Shown: in pieces, positions 13,176-29,996 of the stretch
Layout: each line of letters starts with the position of its first letter
Position numbering within the stretch: position 1 is the first letter of the stretch
Source: Eledone cirrhosa
Lineage: Eukaryota
Length of the DNA: 64,000 bases
Direction: 5' to 3'
NCBI GenBank assembly: GCA_964016885.1
Contig: OZ024750.1
Coordinates: forward strand, 44,268,001 to 44,332,000
Notes under the pieces: generated by a model
Seen by the model: the letters and a program-made list of their open reading frames with translations, nothing else
Database searches by the model: none
Told to the model about the DNA's origin: nothing
Made by a program: the position numbers and the translations under genes

Positions 13176-13602
13176 AAGCCGGCATAAGAAGGCGGGGCTG
13201 GAAGTGAAGATAAAAGGAATAAAAAAAGGGAGGGGGGAGGCGTGGTTTCCGTGGCTGAATAGTCTATGAATGACAGTCGCCCCGCCCACTGTATTAGTTT
13301 TTCTAATTTTCGGCTATGTAGTTTGAAGAGAGAACAACAACTTAGGAAATGACGGGAGCAAAGTGAAAGTAGATCTTATGGTGGTTATGGTGGTGGTGGT
13401 GGTGGTGGATGTTTGTGGTGGTGGTGGTGGTTCTGGTGGTGGTGGAAGTGTCCATGGTTGTTGTTGTCGTTGTGGTCGTTGGGGTAATGACAGTGAAACG
13501 AGTGTATAGGATATATAATAAACAATATACACAAACATACATACATACACACACGCACAACAATAAATACATGATGTGTGTTTCTGAGTCCACGTTTTAT
13601 AG

Positions 13603-13704
<102 letters not shown>

Positions 13705-13793
13705 AGAGAGAGAGAGAGTGAGAGATATAAATATAAATATAAATATATATATTTGTATGTATATGGACATATATATGTGTATATATATTAAAA

Positions 13794-13824
<31 letters not shown>

Positions 13825-13877
13825 GTGTGTGTATGTGTGTGTGTGTATGAAGAGGAACAGTGTCATAAACAACAACG

Positions 13878-13908
<31 letters not shown>

Positions 13909-14108
13909 GAACAACAACAACAGTAACAACTACAACAATGAAAATTGAAAGCAAAAAAAAATTTTTTCAAAATAGATTTTCATCCTACCTTCTAGAATGT
14001 AAATAAGGCAAACGATCTCATACACACTTGTATTAAAGACGCACACACACGCAAACACATACACACACGCACACGCGCGCACACTCACCCACAGACACAC
14101 ACATACAC

Positions 14109-14156
<48 letters not shown>

Positions 14157-14301
14157 TTTAACAGCCGATCTTCCAAGACCGCATGGGTTGGACGAGAGTT
14201 TTTCGGGAAAAGTTTTACACCCGGAAGCTTTTCCCGACACCAATCTTTTAATCGCTACTCACGGCACACGGGGATACTATATATATATATGTATATATCT
14301 A

Positions 14302-14382
<81 letters not shown>

Positions 14383-14494
14383 GTATATATATATATACAT
14401 ATTTACTAAAATAACAGATGAAAGTGTATCAAAGAAATGATGCTTTCACCCTTAACGGGATCTTCTGAAACTATCAAATATATATATATATATA

Positions 14495-14587
<93 letters not shown>

Positions 14588-14623
14588 AATATTTATATAA
14601 ATATATATATATATTTACACACA

Positions 14624-14693
<70 letters not shown>

Positions 14694-14784
14694 TTAAATA
14701 TATATAAAATCACTGATGAAGGACTATTTTTAACCATATGTAACCGATGTGCAACCACGCAGTATTCATTCTTCTCATGTTTTT

Positions 14785-14918
<134 letters not shown>

Positions 14919-14985
14919 TATTACTGACAAAAATATAGAAGTCATGTCTGAGAAATGCGCCTAATTTTATATACATATATATATA

Positions 14986-15306
14986 CGATATTAAATAAAT
15001 GGAAACTATATTTATAAAACCATATTTATTTCATTATATATAATTCAGGGATATCATATTAACAATATGCTATGCCTTCCTCAGACAAAATACAATATAA
15101 ACAGTTTATATTGTATTTTGTCTGAGGAAGGCATAGCATATTGTTAATATGATATCCCTGAAATATATATAATGAAATAAATATGGTTTTATAAATATAG
15201 TTTCCATTTATTTAATATCGTAAATATACTCCAAATACTTGTCGAGTGCTTTTATATCAGTTATAAATATTTACTAGTTGTAACCCAACAATTTAAATAT
15301 AACTTT

Positions 15307-15309
<3 letters not shown>
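14986..15309 (+). mobile_element. Family A near-perfect fold-back element; hammerhead 15114-15179
   Basis: Arms of ~115 bp around the tataaacagtttata apex. Core tattttgt-CTGAGGA..GAAA-tatata-TA-atgaaata. Tail with GAGTGCT at 15244. Confidence 0.85.
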
Positions 15310-15353
<44 letters not shown>

Positions 15354-15613
15354 TAGTTACATAAATACACAGATAGATAGATATACATACATTCAGGTAT
15401 ATAGATATACAGCTATATAGAGATGATATATGTGTTTGCTGAGGTATGTATGTGTGTAGTACCGTATAATGAATGTTTGTGTCTGTGTGTCCGTCCTTGG
15501 AACTTTCCTACCAGGTATGATAAATAAATTGTTGGTCAGATATGCTCACGCTATTTTAGATGACTGCAGATGAAACCAACTAAACAAACACACACACACT
15601 CACACGTATATAT

Positions 15614-15740
<127 letters not shown>

Positions 15741-15888
15741 CATATATATATATATATATATTTACATGTATACATATATATATATGTATACATATGTATA
15801 CATATATATATGTATATATGTATAAATATATGTGTATATATATATTTACAAGTATACATATATATATGTATATATATGTCTATATATG

Positions 15889-16000
<112 letters not shown>

Positions 16001-16109
16001 CATATATATACATGTATATATATATATACATGTATATATATATATATACATGTATACATATGTATGTATACATATATATATTTACATGTTTACATATATA
16101 TATGTATAC

Positions 16110-16151
<42 letters not shown>

Positions 16152-16210
16152 TTACATGTATACATATATATATGCATATATATATATGTACATATATATA
16201 TATATGTATA

Positions 16211-16289
<79 letters not shown>

Positions 16290-16370
16290 ATAAAGGATTC
16301 TGAAACTAATTCGCATTTTCTTATTATATATTATATCTATAATAAAGAAATATATATATATATATATATG

Positions 16371-16511
<141 letters not shown>

Positions 16512-16528
16512 TTATATATTTATATATT

Positions 16529-16579
<51 letters not shown>

Positions 16580-16636
16580 ATATTTATATATGTATATATA
16601 TATTTATATATTTATATATTTATATATATATATATT

Positions 16637-16700
<64 letters not shown>

Positions 16701-16739
16701 AATAGAGGATTCTGAAACTAATTCGCATTTTCTTATTCA

Positions 16740-16778
<39 letters not shown>

Positions 16779-16794
16779 CATATATATACATATA

Positions 16795-16850
<56 letters not shown>

Positions 16851-16860
16851 TATATGTATA

Positions 16861-16918
<58 letters not shown>

Positions 16919-17108
16919 CATATATACATATATACATATATACATATATCCCCGTGTACATAAGTACAAGGGGATATATCTGCACACACATATATTATAG
17001 ATGCATAACATATATATATATATATTTACATACACACACCCTCATATATATATACATATATGCATCTGTGTATATAAATATTTATATACACACATATATA
17101 TATTTGTA

Positions 17109-17171
<63 letters not shown>

Positions 17172-17176
17172 GCACA

Positions 17177-17273
<97 letters not shown>

Positions 17274-17455
17274 AAGTCCTGGTCAACTTTATTTAGTTAC
17301 CTACCTAGCTATGTAAAATTATCTCCTGTGATTATTCATGTTTATTTATATGTTAATCAATTTCTAGTTATTATAAAATGCTCGGACCTATTCGTTAGAA
17401 TCTTAGAGCTTATTTTGCGGGTGATATGGCGCATGTCTCTCTGGCATAATTTTGG

Positions 17456-17526
<71 letters not shown>

Positions 17527-17528
<2 letters not shown>

Positions 17529-17781
17529 TTATTCCGGGTTGAATCGGAGGTAACCACAGTAAGTAAGGTACTCAATACAAAGCAGAGTATAATATTTTTA
17601 ATATAGAAGAGCTTCTACAGGATTAGAACTGTTTCATTCGTGAGAAATCATCAGGGAACTCCTACGAGACTATTTCTAATTCTGTAGCAACCTTTTCTGA
17701 ATTAAATATTTATTGTGCTCACTCTCCTTGTATTGAATAACTTATTTTCTGTGATTACCCGGGCTTCGACTGGGGTTCAAC
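17527..17781 (-). mobile_element. Family L diverged fold-back element with hammerhead-like core
   Basis: The minus strand reads CTGATGA-tttctcacgaat-GAAA-cagttc. Homologues at 34711-34903, 57940-57983 and 2995-3017. Confidence 0.6.
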
Positions 17782-17805
17782 ATATATATATATGTGTGTG
17801 TGTGC

Positions 17806-17928
<123 letters not shown>

Positions 17929-18035
17929 TGGGTTAGAGTGTATGTACATATGTGCATATATGAGTGTATGTACATAGGATGCATCAGTTAAAAGAGATTG
18001 CGTATAAATTGCTATCACAACCATCAAAATATAAT

Positions 18036-18098
<63 letters not shown>

Positions 18099-18299
18099 TT
18101 AATAATAATAATAATAACAATAACAGCAACAAAAGTATCAATAATGTGCAATAATTTCTACATATTCACTTATATATGCACACACACACACGTAATCTCA
18201 TTCAAAAACATCCACACACGCGCGCGCGCACGTACACACACACATACACACGCACATACACATCTCACACACTTATATATTTATACAATATGTATTATG

Positions 18300-18395
<96 letters not shown>

Positions 18396-18403
18396 GTAGT
18401 AAA

Positions 18404-18437
<34 letters not shown>

Positions 18438-19084
18438 CATAATGTACTAAATATTTATATATATACTATATATATATGTGTGTATATATACGTAACCTCA
18501 TAAATGCACACATGCATGCACTTATACATACATGCATTAATACCTGAACATATTAATACATTTATATATAATATACGCATTTATCATATATACACACCAA
18601 TCACATTTAAAGAAAACATTTACAATAATACATACATGCATGTATTCATTTTTAAATACATTACAAACAGAACTAGTCATACATATATATAACATAATTA
18701 TATACACTCACACACTCACTCGTATACACACATACATCATGAATACACGTTTATATATATATATATATGTGTACATACATTCGTATGCTCTCACACTTAC
18801 ATCTATAATAGATGTGCTTACAAATATACGAAATTTGAATACTATTAATACTAATAATAATAATAATAATGATAATGATATGGAGAATTAGATGAGGAAG
18901 AAGAAAAAGGAGGAGGAGAAGAAGCGGAAGATGAAGAAGAAGAAAAGAAGAAGAAAAAGATTAAGAAGATTAGAAAAGAGAAATATATAAATATAAAGGA
19001 AAAAGTATAAAGTCAAAAAGTACAACAAAAAAAAATAGCAATAACAACAACAACAACAACAACAACTATAACAACAATAATACG

Positions 19085-19336
19085 ATAACGCGTGATGATG
19101 CTCCACCTTCCAGTGATTGTGTGAATATTCAAATGACTCACTTGTAAATCAACCAATCAGATTGTTCGCTTACAACTTCTCGGCTGCGAGAGCTGATTGT
19201 GAGTCGTCGTTGTGTGTACGGTGGTTGATGTAGTTAGTTTAGTTCAGCTCTGACTACAGAGAAAGCCAGAGTAAAAACTCGTGACAATTACAGGTCGTTT
19301 TTATCTGTTGTCCGAGTATAATTGAGAAAACAAAAC
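19085..19336 (+). promoter_or_regulatory. FoxQ2 proximal promoter/5' UTR
   Basis: Unique, CpG-containing island between repeats and the ATG. AP-1 site TGACTCA at 19134-19140, NF-Y box AACCAATCAG at 19151-19160, Inr-like TTAGTT at about 19234-19244. Confidence 0.55.
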
Positions 19337-20743
19337 ATGTGCAGCAACAATCCTGGCTCGATGATTCCATATGGTCTGAAGGTTCCTAATTTATCGCCGT
19401 ACATGCCACTGGGTACAGCACTCACCCAGCTCCCTTTAGATTTCCACCGGGCTCAGCTGTACGATTATAATGCCCGGCTGCAGTACGGTATCCGCAGCCA
19501 CCCAACTACGCTAGGGCTGAGCCCTTATGCCCACACTATGGATACTCTCGGTCACCCATATGTATTCAAGCAGGACTTACGAGCTCGTTACATACACGAA
19601 GAACCGAAACCGAGTCACAGCTACATCGGACTTATCGCCATGGCTATATTAAATTCCAAAGAGAAGAAGCTTGTTCTAAGTGACATATATCAATGGATAT
19701 TGGACAATTACCCCTACTTCCGTACTCGCGGACCTGGCTGGAGAAATAGCATCCGACACAATTTATCGTTAAACGATTGCTTCATCAAAGCTGGACGCAG
19801 TGCCAACGGAAAGGGCCACTACTGGGCCATACATCCGGCCAATGTTGAAGATTTCAATAAGGGTGATTTTCGTCGCCGACGTGCTCAGAGACGGGTTCGA
19901 AAACATATGGGATTGTCTGTACCAGATGACGAGGACAGCCCTAGCCCGTCTCCGACCAGCGCAGCACCTATCCCCAAATGGCCGGATTCTGCCCCAGTTG
20001 TTGGAATCGATGAGACAAAAGAAAGCGCCGACAACGTTGATACTACCTCACCTGGAAATTTCTCACCCGTCGTTGGGGACAGTAGTCCCATCGCAGTGAC
20101 AAGGGAAACGAAATCGTGTTCCCCGGTCACTACGTCAGAAACACCGTGCGTGAAGAAAAGACTCTTTGATATGGAAAGTTTGCTAGCCCCTGAGACCAAA
20201 AGACGAACTTGTACATCTTTTACAAAAGATGACTTTTCACGAACTGTTGATATGATTAATGATCGTGAATCAAATAATAACAGCATAAACAACAGCCAGA
20301 CTAGTCCAGGAAAAGGACCAGATGTGCGGGACTTTACAGATAAGATTATAGGTAAATGCGATCCACAAAACGCAATTATCAGTATAGCAAACAGCCAGCG
20401 CCTGAGCGATCTGCACAATGTTGGATTATTGTCTGCGGCCGAAAGTCTGAAAGCCTCTGCAGAACATATTGGACTTCACTCGAAACTTAGTGGTTGCGGT
20501 GGAGGTGATATGCTGACCCCTAAAGCTGAAACGGGATACGTCAGTGCCTTTCACAGTATGCTACCTTCGACGTGGGGGGCCTTATCCTCCTACGCCTACC
20601 CAATAATGGGTGGAAGTCACTATTCAATAACAGTCCCTGTAACCACCTTCTCGAGTCCGGCGAAAAAGTGGCCTCCAGGTTTTACCGATATTGCACATCA
20701 CCGGCGCCACAGTCCCGACAAAGAGGTACAGGTGGACGTTTGA
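19337..20743 (+). CDS. FoxQ2: Forkhead box transcription factor, FoxQ2 (fd102C-like), single coding exon, 468 aa
   Basis: Forkhead domain EEPKPSHSYIGLIAMAIL..LSDIYQWILDNYPYFRTRGPGWRNSIRHNLSLNDCFIKAGRSANGKGHYWAIHPANVEDFNKGDFRRRRAQRRVRKHMGL (about 19600-19915), which I recognise as FoxQ2/fd102C. EH1-like FDMESLL at 20165-20185. First ATG is in context caaaacATG; the ORF track starts earlier at a TTG. Confidence 0.93.
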   Translation: MCSNNPGSMIPYGLKVPNLSPYMPLGTALTQLPLDFHRAQLYDYNARLQYGIRSHPTTLGLSPYAHTMDTLGHPYVFKQDLRARYIHEEPKPSHSYIGLIAMAILNSKEKKLVLSDIYQWILDNYPYFRTRGPGWRNSIRHNLSLNDCFIKAGRSANGKGHYWAIHPANVEDFNKGDFRRRRAQRRVRKHMGLSVPDDEDSPSPSPTSAAPIPKWPDSAPVVGIDETKESADNVDTTSPGNFSPVVGDSSPIAVTRETKSCSPVTTSETPCVKKRLFDMESLLAPETKRRTCTSFTKDDFSRTVDMINDRESNNNSINNSQTSPGKGPDVRDFTDKIIGKCDPQNAIISIANSQRLSDLHNVGLLSAAESLKASAEHIGLHSKLSGCGGGDMLTPKAETGYVSAFHSMLPSTWGALSSYAYPIMGGSHYSITVPVTTFSSPAKKWPPGFTDIAHHRRHSPDKEVQVDV

Positions 20744-21949
20744 ATTACATAATAATTTAATAATAATAATAATAATAATAATAACAATTATAACAATTAT
20801 TATATTAATAATGATAATAATAATAATATTAATAATAAATTAATAAACAAATGATATATAATAATAACAATAATAATGATGATGATGATGTTGGTGATGA
20901 GGATGATGATGATGGTGATAATAACAACAAAAAAAACATTTAAACAAATTGTGACAAAAAAAACAAAGAATTACAAAATGCAACAAAAATTACGAAAATA
21001 TAAAAATATATCAATGACTAAAAACAGAAAAAGAATGGAAAAACAAACAAACAAACATGTTAAGAAAACATTGAAGAATTATTTAATATTATTATATATA
21101 TTAAGAGTGTTATAATATATTTACAACATACGGAGATATGAGGGACGTATGGTGGTTATATCACACAGTAACATCTGAGATGTGATAAATATAAAACAAT
21201 GAAGAAATATGTGATGATAAATAATAAACATAATGATGTTGATCATGAAGAATTATGAAAATGACTATGATTATGATGATGATGATGATTGATATGTTGA
21301 AATACATAAACCAAATGAATATAACACTATCAAATCATTAATTTAAATATAAATATATATATATATATATACGAGTAAATATATACTGGAAATTGATGCG
21401 TCGACCAGGACGATTGCGGACCCGCTTCTTTCAGGAATGAAGTATACTGTGGTGGGTGTGAACTATTTACTACAGGCATACATACATACATACTAATATA
21501 TATATATATATATATATATGAATGTATGTATATATATGTTTGTATGTATACGTACATGTATGTATATGTTTCAATACTTTTGTGTATATGTCAGAGTAAA
21601 GTTAAAACGGACATACGCTACATGAGATAAGGGATAATCGGAGGGGGGGGGGCGAATAAGTATGATCAAAACATAAGTAAGCCCACAAAACATATATACC
21701 CACTAAATATACCTACAAATGTATTTATTCTTACGGACAGCTATATAATCACACAAACGCATATGTATATATATATATGTATATTTATAAAACTTATTTA
21801 TACTTGTACATCTATATAAATATATTTGTAAATACATATGAAATGATATTATACGTATAAATATATTATATATATTACAATATAATATAATACGCTATGT
21901 TATAATAGACAAAAATAATAATCTAACTTGGATATTCAAATATTTGTGT

Positions 21950-22019
<70 letters not shown>

Positions 22020-22036
22020 ATATATATATATTTATG

Positions 22037-22107
<71 letters not shown>

Positions 22108-22224
22108 TTAGATGTAAATGATAAGATGCATTTTGTCCATGTTTAAAACATTAACATAATTATTCTATCCGTAAGAATGCAATATAGACAATATCTATAA
22201 TAACAACAAATATATATATATATA

Positions 22225-22291
<67 letters not shown>

Positions 22292-22483
22292 GCAGAAATG
22301 ATCATAGGTTTTTGTGCAAAAATTGAGAATGTTTGAATATAATGACTTTTAGTTATATTTAAATAACCAAGCGAAATTAATTTGCAGTCAAATTTTGTCA
22401 CACATCTATGGAAGAAATATAGAAATAGGATTGAGTCAAAATGTGTGAGATAATTTTTTTTTTTTATTAGATCATAACTGCAA

Positions 22484-22564
<81 letters not shown>

Positions 22565-22615
22565 CATATATATTCATCAGTATATTTAAATAATATACAT
22601 ACACAAGACACACGC

Positions 22616-22650
<35 letters not shown>

Positions 22651-22662
22651 CATTGGTAAGTG

Positions 22663-22693
<31 letters not shown>

Positions 22694-23068
22694 TTATATG
22701 ATTATATCAAAATACAATCACACATACAGATGAATGCGTATAATGCATGTATGCACCTAAACCAAGATACAAGACATACAATCACACGTGCCCCCCTCCC
22801 GAAGTTCAAGATAACCAGAAATGCTACTTTGCCATGATGGAACAACAATAACAATACAAAGATACATATAAAAAAATTGTAAAAACACACTCGGGCACCT
22901 ATATTGATTTCATGACTTAAGCTGGAAACGAAACTGTATACAACACGCAAGTCACTCGTTACCAAAGAGGAAATGTTTTTTGAGGTAGGAAGACCTCGTT
23001 TGTTAGACATAAATATTTGCATTACATACATACGTGCATATATATATCATATATACACACATATATGT

Positions 23069-23116
<48 letters not shown>

Positions 23117-23159
23117 TTATATATATATATATATATTCTTATATATATATATATGTGTG

Positions 23160-23266
<107 letters not shown>

Positions 23267-23269
23267 ACT

Positions 23270-23334
<65 letters not shown>

Positions 23335-23580
23335 GTTTGTATATATTTTTTGTTTGTCAATTAAGACTTTTGATGTGAAATTTATTTATTTGTATGCGCA
23401 TTGTTTCTGCTTAAGAAGAAAATCACATACATACATATATACGCACATACATATTTACACATATATATATATTAATATATATACATATATATATACACGC
23501 TAACATATTTACACAGACACACACACAGACACACACACACACACACATGTGTATATATATATATATTTATATATATATAT

Positions 23581-23883
23581 TAATTCAAAATATTAACAAA
23601 TATAGACATTCGTGTGATCAAGTATATTTTATTATACATATTTCAGATGTACTGAGCTCTGTCAAGCATCATATTATTTTATCTGATGAGGACGTACTGT
23701 TGAAGATAGCTCAGCAGCTCTGAAATATGTATAATAAAATATACTTGATCAAACGAATGTCTATTTTTGTTAATATTTTGAACTAATATTAATAACTCCG
23801 GAAAACCATTCCAGTGGAGTGCTTCTAATCTATTGTAAAACTTTATTCATTGATTTATTCATTGAACCTTGTTTAACCTTTAA
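23581..23883 (+). mobile_element. Family B fold-back element; hammerhead 23675-23741
   Basis: Arm 23581-23655 is inverted to 23710-23785. Core tattttat-CTGATGA-ggacg..ctct-GAAA-tatgta-TA-ataaaata. Tail with GAGTGCT at 23817 and a tail homologue at 61635-61770. Confidence 0.75.
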
Positions 23884-23956
<73 letters not shown>

Positions 23957-23974
23957 TATATATATATATATATG

Positions 23975-24136
<162 letters not shown>

Positions 24137-24149
24137 GAGAGATAAATAA

Positions 24150-24207
<58 letters not shown>

Positions 24208-24208
24208 C

Positions 24209-24258
<50 letters not shown>

Positions 24259-24282
24259 TATATATAAATATATATATATATT

Positions 24283-24376
<94 letters not shown>

Positions 24377-24758
24377 AATATATACATATATATATATAAT
24401 TATGTGTCACATATATATGTATGTTTCAGAAACAATAGCAATGCGTATCCCTTTCTATTGTTATATATATATTACTAATTTCACTAATTATTTAAGGGGA
24501 ATCTTTTATATTTTTTTTAATAACTTTATCTTTATTTTGTATTCAATATTATTGTCATTATTATTATTTTTGTTAAGTTTGTGATAAATAGCTTTGTGAT
24601 AAATAAGATATAAGCAAAGATGGGTAAACATGATATCCTATATAAACATGATATCCTATTAGATATTTTTTTTTCTTATATATATAGATGAGATTTACTA
24701 TATTTATATATAGAACACGAGAAATGAATCCACTCGGAACAACTACACATGCCATACA

Positions 24759-24868
<110 letters not shown>

Positions 24869-24915
24869 AATATATATATATGTATATATATATAAATATA
24901 TATATACATTTATCT

Positions 24916-24972
<57 letters not shown>

Positions 24973-25093
24973 CAAATATATATATATATATATGAACGTA
25001 TGTATAGTATATTTGTCAATATACCGTATGTTTAATTAATGTATATAATATACATACTTTCATGTATACATCGCTATTTCAGAGCGCCAATCG

Positions 25094-25151
<58 letters not shown>

Positions 25152-25248
25152 ATATATATATGTGTTTATTTATCTTTTTTTTAAATATATTTGTTTACAT
25201 TTCTAGTATCTTATGTGCAAACTAACATACCAAGCTACCCACCTTATA

Positions 25249-25312
<64 letters not shown>

Positions 25313-25426
25313 CATGTGTGTGTGTGTGTGTTTGTTTGTTTGTATTATGGATGCGTATGTGTACATGCGTACATATGTATATATATACATATGTATACAA
25401 TGTACATGTGTACATATATATATACT

Positions 25427-25570
<144 letters not shown>

Positions 25571-25695
25571 CGGTTTAAAACATGTCATGACATACAAGAC
25601 CCCTGGACTTCGAGTCCCTCCTATACCAGAAAATACCAGAAATGGTATATAACAGAAAAATAATGTTTACAAATACATACACACACACACTTATA

Positions 25696-25739
<44 letters not shown>

Positions 25740-25775
25740 CGCACACACACACACGCATATATATATGTATATATA

Positions 25776-25940
25776 GGAGCAAGTATGGCCCCGACGGCAG
25801 AGCTCAAGCCGTTTCGACGGCTATTTCTGGACGCTCGGCCGTCGGGGTTATACTTGTTCCTATGACCCACTCTACTACCCTAAGTAGTGAGTACTTAGGT
25901 GCGTTATGGTCCATCTGGTTCCTTACCACAAATCCTTCGT

Positions 25941-25942
<2 letters not shown>
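25776..25942 (+). mobile_element. Family D hairpin element (internally deleted)
   Basis: Same arm and tail as the copies at 3327, 40176, 51859 and 54116. Confidence 0.8.
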
Positions 25943-26014
<72 letters not shown>

Positions 26015-26448
26015 TGTGTGTGTGTGTGTGTGTATTCAAAAACATATCTAACTAATTGGATTGCGTAGATAGCTCGCTTATATGAAATTCTTTTTGCATG
26101 CCCGGACATGTCGAAATTTACGAATGGGGTGTGCTTATGGCTAAATAAATTCATAATAATTATAAAAATGGGTTCAAATTTAGTCGCAAGGGCCAACATT
26201 TGGGGAGAGGAGATTGTCTATTATGTCGACTACAGTATATTACTGGTACTTTAGCTTATCGCACCTTGGAATATGGAAAAACAAATTTGACCGAGGCGTG
26301 ATTTAATCTCCAAGTGGAGAATACCGCAACTAATCTTTCAAGATTCTTTGTTAGTCGATCGAATTACTATCGGAATCGAACTGCAATATCAATATCACTT
26401 AAAATGTGATATCAATATAATTTAAAATGTGATCAAAGAACAGATATG

Positions 26449-26521
<73 letters not shown>

Positions 26522-26532
26522 AATATATATAA

Positions 26533-26564
<32 letters not shown>

Positions 26565-26666
26565 AAATATATATATAAATATATTTATATATATATATAA
26601 ATATATATATATAAATATACATATATATAAATATATATATAAATATATTTATATACGTATATATAC

Positions 26667-26717
<51 letters not shown>

Positions 26718-26837
26718 TTTACATATATATATATACATACATACATATACGTGATTTGCAACGGGTCACTTTGTAGCTCAATGAAAATTTAATAAATTAA
26801 ATAATCACAGCTATACATCATAAAACATGTCTATAGA

Positions 26838-27099
<262 letters not shown>

Positions 27100-27384
27100 T
27101 ATATATATATACATATATATATATACATATATATATATATTCAAGGGAGTAAAAATTTACGGGACTGGATGAGAATGAGAATATGTACACGGAAGTATTA
27201 TAATATTGATTAACTTGGATTCTATTCTCCGTACCGCAAAACTAATGGTTGTAGGACTCAATAGAATAACCTCGGTTAGATTACCGGGGTTTGTTCTCAG
27301 TAATATATCTGAACGAGGACGGTGGTGCGGCGGATTATTTAACATTACATATAAACCAATATACCTCATGATTAATAAGGATTT

Positions 27385-28050
27385 CTGATTTAGGCACAAG
27401 GCCAGTATTTTGTGGGAGGGGAGAGTCCTTCACGGCTACTCTATTTTATCGACCCCAGACAGCTAAAAGTCTGCATTGATTTTGGTGGGATCTAAACTTA
27501 GAACGTAAAGAGCCGTGTCTAAATGCCGTAAAGTAATATGTTGGACGCTCTAACGATTCTGCAAATTCGCCGCCCATACCTCAGGATTAATAATATATTT
27601 GTCAAAATAGGGAACCAAATATTATTATTATAAATATTATAATTTATTGGAAGAATTCGTCAAAGCGACGGACGAAATTTTTTGAAGTATTTCCTCTAGT
27701 TTTCTAGATGCTGAATTCTTTTTGCGTCGAGTTTAACATTGCCTTTCTTCCTTCATGGATCGATAAAATTAATGATCTATCAAATACCCGGGGAGATATA
27801 ATTGAGTACCTTCTCTTTTAAAATTTGGGGATTGTGTCTAGCTATGAAATAATAATTGTTCTTACTTTTGCACGCAAAGTGAAAGTCGGTTAAAACGACC
27901 CCAGTATCTTGTTGGTATTTTATTTTATTGACCTCGTAAAGATGAAAGGCAAAGCTAACCAGCAGTATCTGAACTCAGAACTTAAAGTGCCGTAACTATA
28001 TGCAGCATAGTATGTTGTGCGACGTCCTACCGATACTGCTTATCAATCGC
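27385..28050. mobile_element. Cluster of old, diverged tRNA-SINE copies
   Basis: Degenerate ggcacaaggccag..ttttatcgaccc..gatgaaaggcaaag..gaactcagaa motifs in both orientations. Confidence 0.6.
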
Positions 28051-29273
28051 CCTAAGAAATAATAATAACGCTAAGAAATAATAATAACCCTAAAAAATAA
28101 TAATAATAAAAATAATAATAATTATTATTATTATTACCACAATCAATATTCTCATGATCATCAGGATTATTTCTATTTCAAAATCTCATTACATTCATAT
28201 CCAATCTGCAGCTGAGTGTGTAGAAGAGACGTGGTTTAGTAGATCAGGTATTAAATCAGCTTCATCAAATATCACGCGGTGTGCATTGCTGACCAGTAAA
28301 CCTGTAGTCCACATTAGTTCAGTCCAATTAGATGCCGGTGAGAATAAAAACTGGATCATCTGACAATATAAAGTCTACCAGCGATAGGCTAGCGTCCTAT
28401 CCCGGTGGAGATTTGTCTCTCACGCACTTCATTTGAAACTGAAACTGAACTAAACACTGACTCCTTAAAATACATCAAGGGCTCAACTAGAATTATGTGA
28501 TAGACCGAAGATCAATTAGAAAAGCTCCATCTCTTCTTTTATATATACAAACATTGCTTTCCATCTTTCCCCAGGTCGAGAAAATAAATTAACAGAAAAA
28601 TAATTGTGTCGATATATTCGACTTACCTCTCCTGTAAATTAGAACTATTATTACATAAAATCATTTTATCTATAATAGTGTTCTGCAACTTTTGGCTTTT
28701 GGGTATTAAATTATGTTTTTAACAACCTTAACTATGGAACGAAATCGAAGACATTATTGAAATCGTAAACATAATAAATCAAAGTTCAAGTGTTACGCTG
28801 TTAAAAACTTTCTACGGAAGGATCTAGAACATATAATTTAAATACATAATATAATGTTCAAAATTTCCTATATATTTCTACATCAAAATATATATCGGAA
28901 AATGATACATAGCCTGTATCTGTGAAATAGGTGGATCAATTCCATATAGCGGTCCAAGGTAACTTTTTGTTCCGTCTTTTAAGGGTCCTCCCCGTATATG
29001 CACACCATTCTTTATATTAAAGTTATCAGAAAACTAAAAAAAAAACATAGACATTCCAGGGGTACTGCTAGCAATTATAATTAATGTTGTTATATTTTTA
29101 ATTATAATTACTAACGTTTAATTAGATATCATGTCTGGTTTAAAATAAAGCCGAAAATATTGCGATAATCGCTCGATCTGTAATGGCCGACAAGCCTCAC
29201 ATCTGTTTCTCTCTATCTCTCTCTCTATCTATCTATCTCTCCCTCTATCTATCTCACTCTATCTCTCTCCCTC

Positions 29274-29323
<50 letters not shown>

Positions 29324-29699
29324 TCTCTTTCTCACTCTATCTGTTACCATAAGCACTTGCAATCATCATCTCAATAATTTGTTGTTCATTTGACCCATGG
29401 TCAGCCCCGATGGAGCAAATATATGATCAAAGACATTCCGGCCGTGCCCAGCTAGTCATATATTGGGGTGGAAGTGTAATGTTATTAACAATAGTTTACT
29501 ATGCCCATGCGGATAATGATGATGATGATGATGATGTTAATGATGATGTTAATGATGGGGATGATGACAATGATGATGATGATAGTAGTGATATAGATGA
29601 TGATGTTGATTGTTTATATTTGTACTGCTGTGTAAACCATGACAGATTTGAAAACCTTACACACACAAACGTATATATATATAATATACATATATATAT

Positions 29700-29790
<91 letters not shown>

Positions 29791-29796
29791 TATATG

Positions 29797-29949
<153 letters not shown>

Positions 29950-29996
29950 GGATTTTGGTTTTCATAATTATTACTAATTATTATTACTATATATAT

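Noticed and set aside
14160-14280. Possible RTE-type 3' tail fragment
   Set aside because: Only loose resemblance from memory and single copy here; not supportable without a search.
19322-19336. TTG start given by the ORF track
   Set aside because: Eukaryotic gene; the ATG at 19337 has good context.
19800-20760. Alternative-frame and antisense ORFs overlapping FoxQ2
   Set aside because: Shadows of the real CDS with no recognisable motifs.
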